64,000 nucleotides of DNA, taken from positions 12,214,001 through 12,278,000 of the forward strand of contig JBHGNT010000012.1 in assembly GCA_043228905.1 (NCBI GenBank). The letters run 5' to 3'. The DNA is from Azolla caroliniana. Its lineage: Eukaryota > Plantae > Polypodiophyta. Shown piece by piece: positions 63,301 through 64,000 of the stretch. The notes under the pieces were generated by a model that worked only from the letters and a program-made list of their open reading frames with translations, was not told the origin of the DNA and searched no databases. Each line of letters starts with the position of its first letter. The first letter of the stretch is position 1. The position numbers were made by a program, and so were the translations under genes.

Positions 63301-64000
63301 CTTGCCAAGTACATTCCAACATACGTCATTGTGATGAGCTACGATCGACATACCCGCTCACCATACACTTCAAATGGATGGTTGATCTGGTCTCAATGCC
63401 AATGGGAGTGGGAAAAATGAAGTACTTAGTGCTGGCAAGAGAAGACTTGACAAATCAAGTGGAAGGGCGGGCTTTGACAAATAAGACAATGTCATCTGTT
63501 TGCAAATTTCTACTTGAAGAGGTTGTCTGCCGATACATATGTGTGGGGAAGATAGTTGCCGACCGAGGGGAGTTGGTCGCACACGAAGCAACAGAGCTTT
63601 TCGAACGACTAGGCGTGAAGCTCTCCCTCACGACTGCCTACAATCCAAAAGCGAATGGGAAGATTGAACGAGGACATGGACCCATCGTCAAAGCCATCGT
63701 ATGAGCATGCAACAGTCGAGTCGGGAATTGGCCACGACTATTGCCCTACGCCTTGTGGGCTGACAGAATGACATACAACTCGGTGACAGGGTATATGCCA
63801 ACATAGCTTATGTATGTACAAAAGCCGGTGATGCCCATCGAAAGGATGATCGCCTCATGGGTAGCGATACCATGGGAGAACGAGATGAGCCGAGAAGAAT
63901 TATTAGCGGCACGGATAAGGCAACTTGAAAGGACACCTAAAGATCTAGAACATGCGCGAAAAATGATGGAGGCAGCCCGAGTGAAGAATAAAATTCGGTT
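54344..64000 (+). mobile_element. Element D: tRNA-Trp-primed Ty3/Gypsy element (5' LTR 54344-55356, gag, PR, RT, RNase H, INT), continuing beyond the window
   Basis: LTR TGTCGTGAAG...CTTCACGATA; PBS TGGTGAACCCGACGTGAA at 55365-55382; protease ALIDHGSEIN; RT LPQGATNSV/FLDDIPMKG; RNase H IVDTSPT; integrase GHRG, VADRGE, AYNPKANGKIERGH. Confidence 0.92.
58755..62222 (+). mobile_element. Element B: non-coding (LARD-like) LTR element, LTRs 58755-59199 and 61760-62222
   Basis: LTR pair with some substitutions and indels; TSD AAAGT at 58750-58754 and 62223-62227 restores host KPSPSK|VNAIQ; PBS TGGCAACCAC at 59205-59214; tRNA-like motif at 61721-61754; purine-rich interior with no recognisable domain. 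Confidence 0.93.

Overview
This is a heterochromatin-like window of land-plant DNA, probably a bryophyte or other non-seed plant judging by the retroelement families. It consists almost entirely of nested, decayed LTR retrotransposons: a non-chromovirus Athila-like Ty3 family, chromoviruses, a Tcn1-like fragment, a tRNA-Trp-primed Ty3 family and several Ty1/Copia elements. It also holds LINE fragments and a hAT-type MITE. No host gene was recognised. Two results stand out. (1) Three LTR elements with different LTR sequences (31751-35427, 58755-62222, and a 3' end at 44296-47100) have no polypurine tract. In its place, 2-5 nt before the 3' LTR, they carry a conserved ~34-nt motif ending in a sense copy of a tRNA-Arg 3' end (...TCCCACGGGCGTGCCA). 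The two complete elements also have a normal tRNA-Arg PBS after the 5' LTR. This suggests tRNA-primed (or tRNA-mimic-primed) plus-strand synthesis. The family also has a three-zinc-knuckle Gag and a conserved coiled-coil extra ORF. (2) Two target-site duplications (TTACC and CACTT) are split between 4.7/11.0 kb on the minus strand and 49.7/53.5 kb on the plus strand. This indicates a >50-kb inversion through a stack of nested elements, with one breakpoint near 12946. All alignments were done by eye, and tRNA sequences are recalled from memory and need checking.
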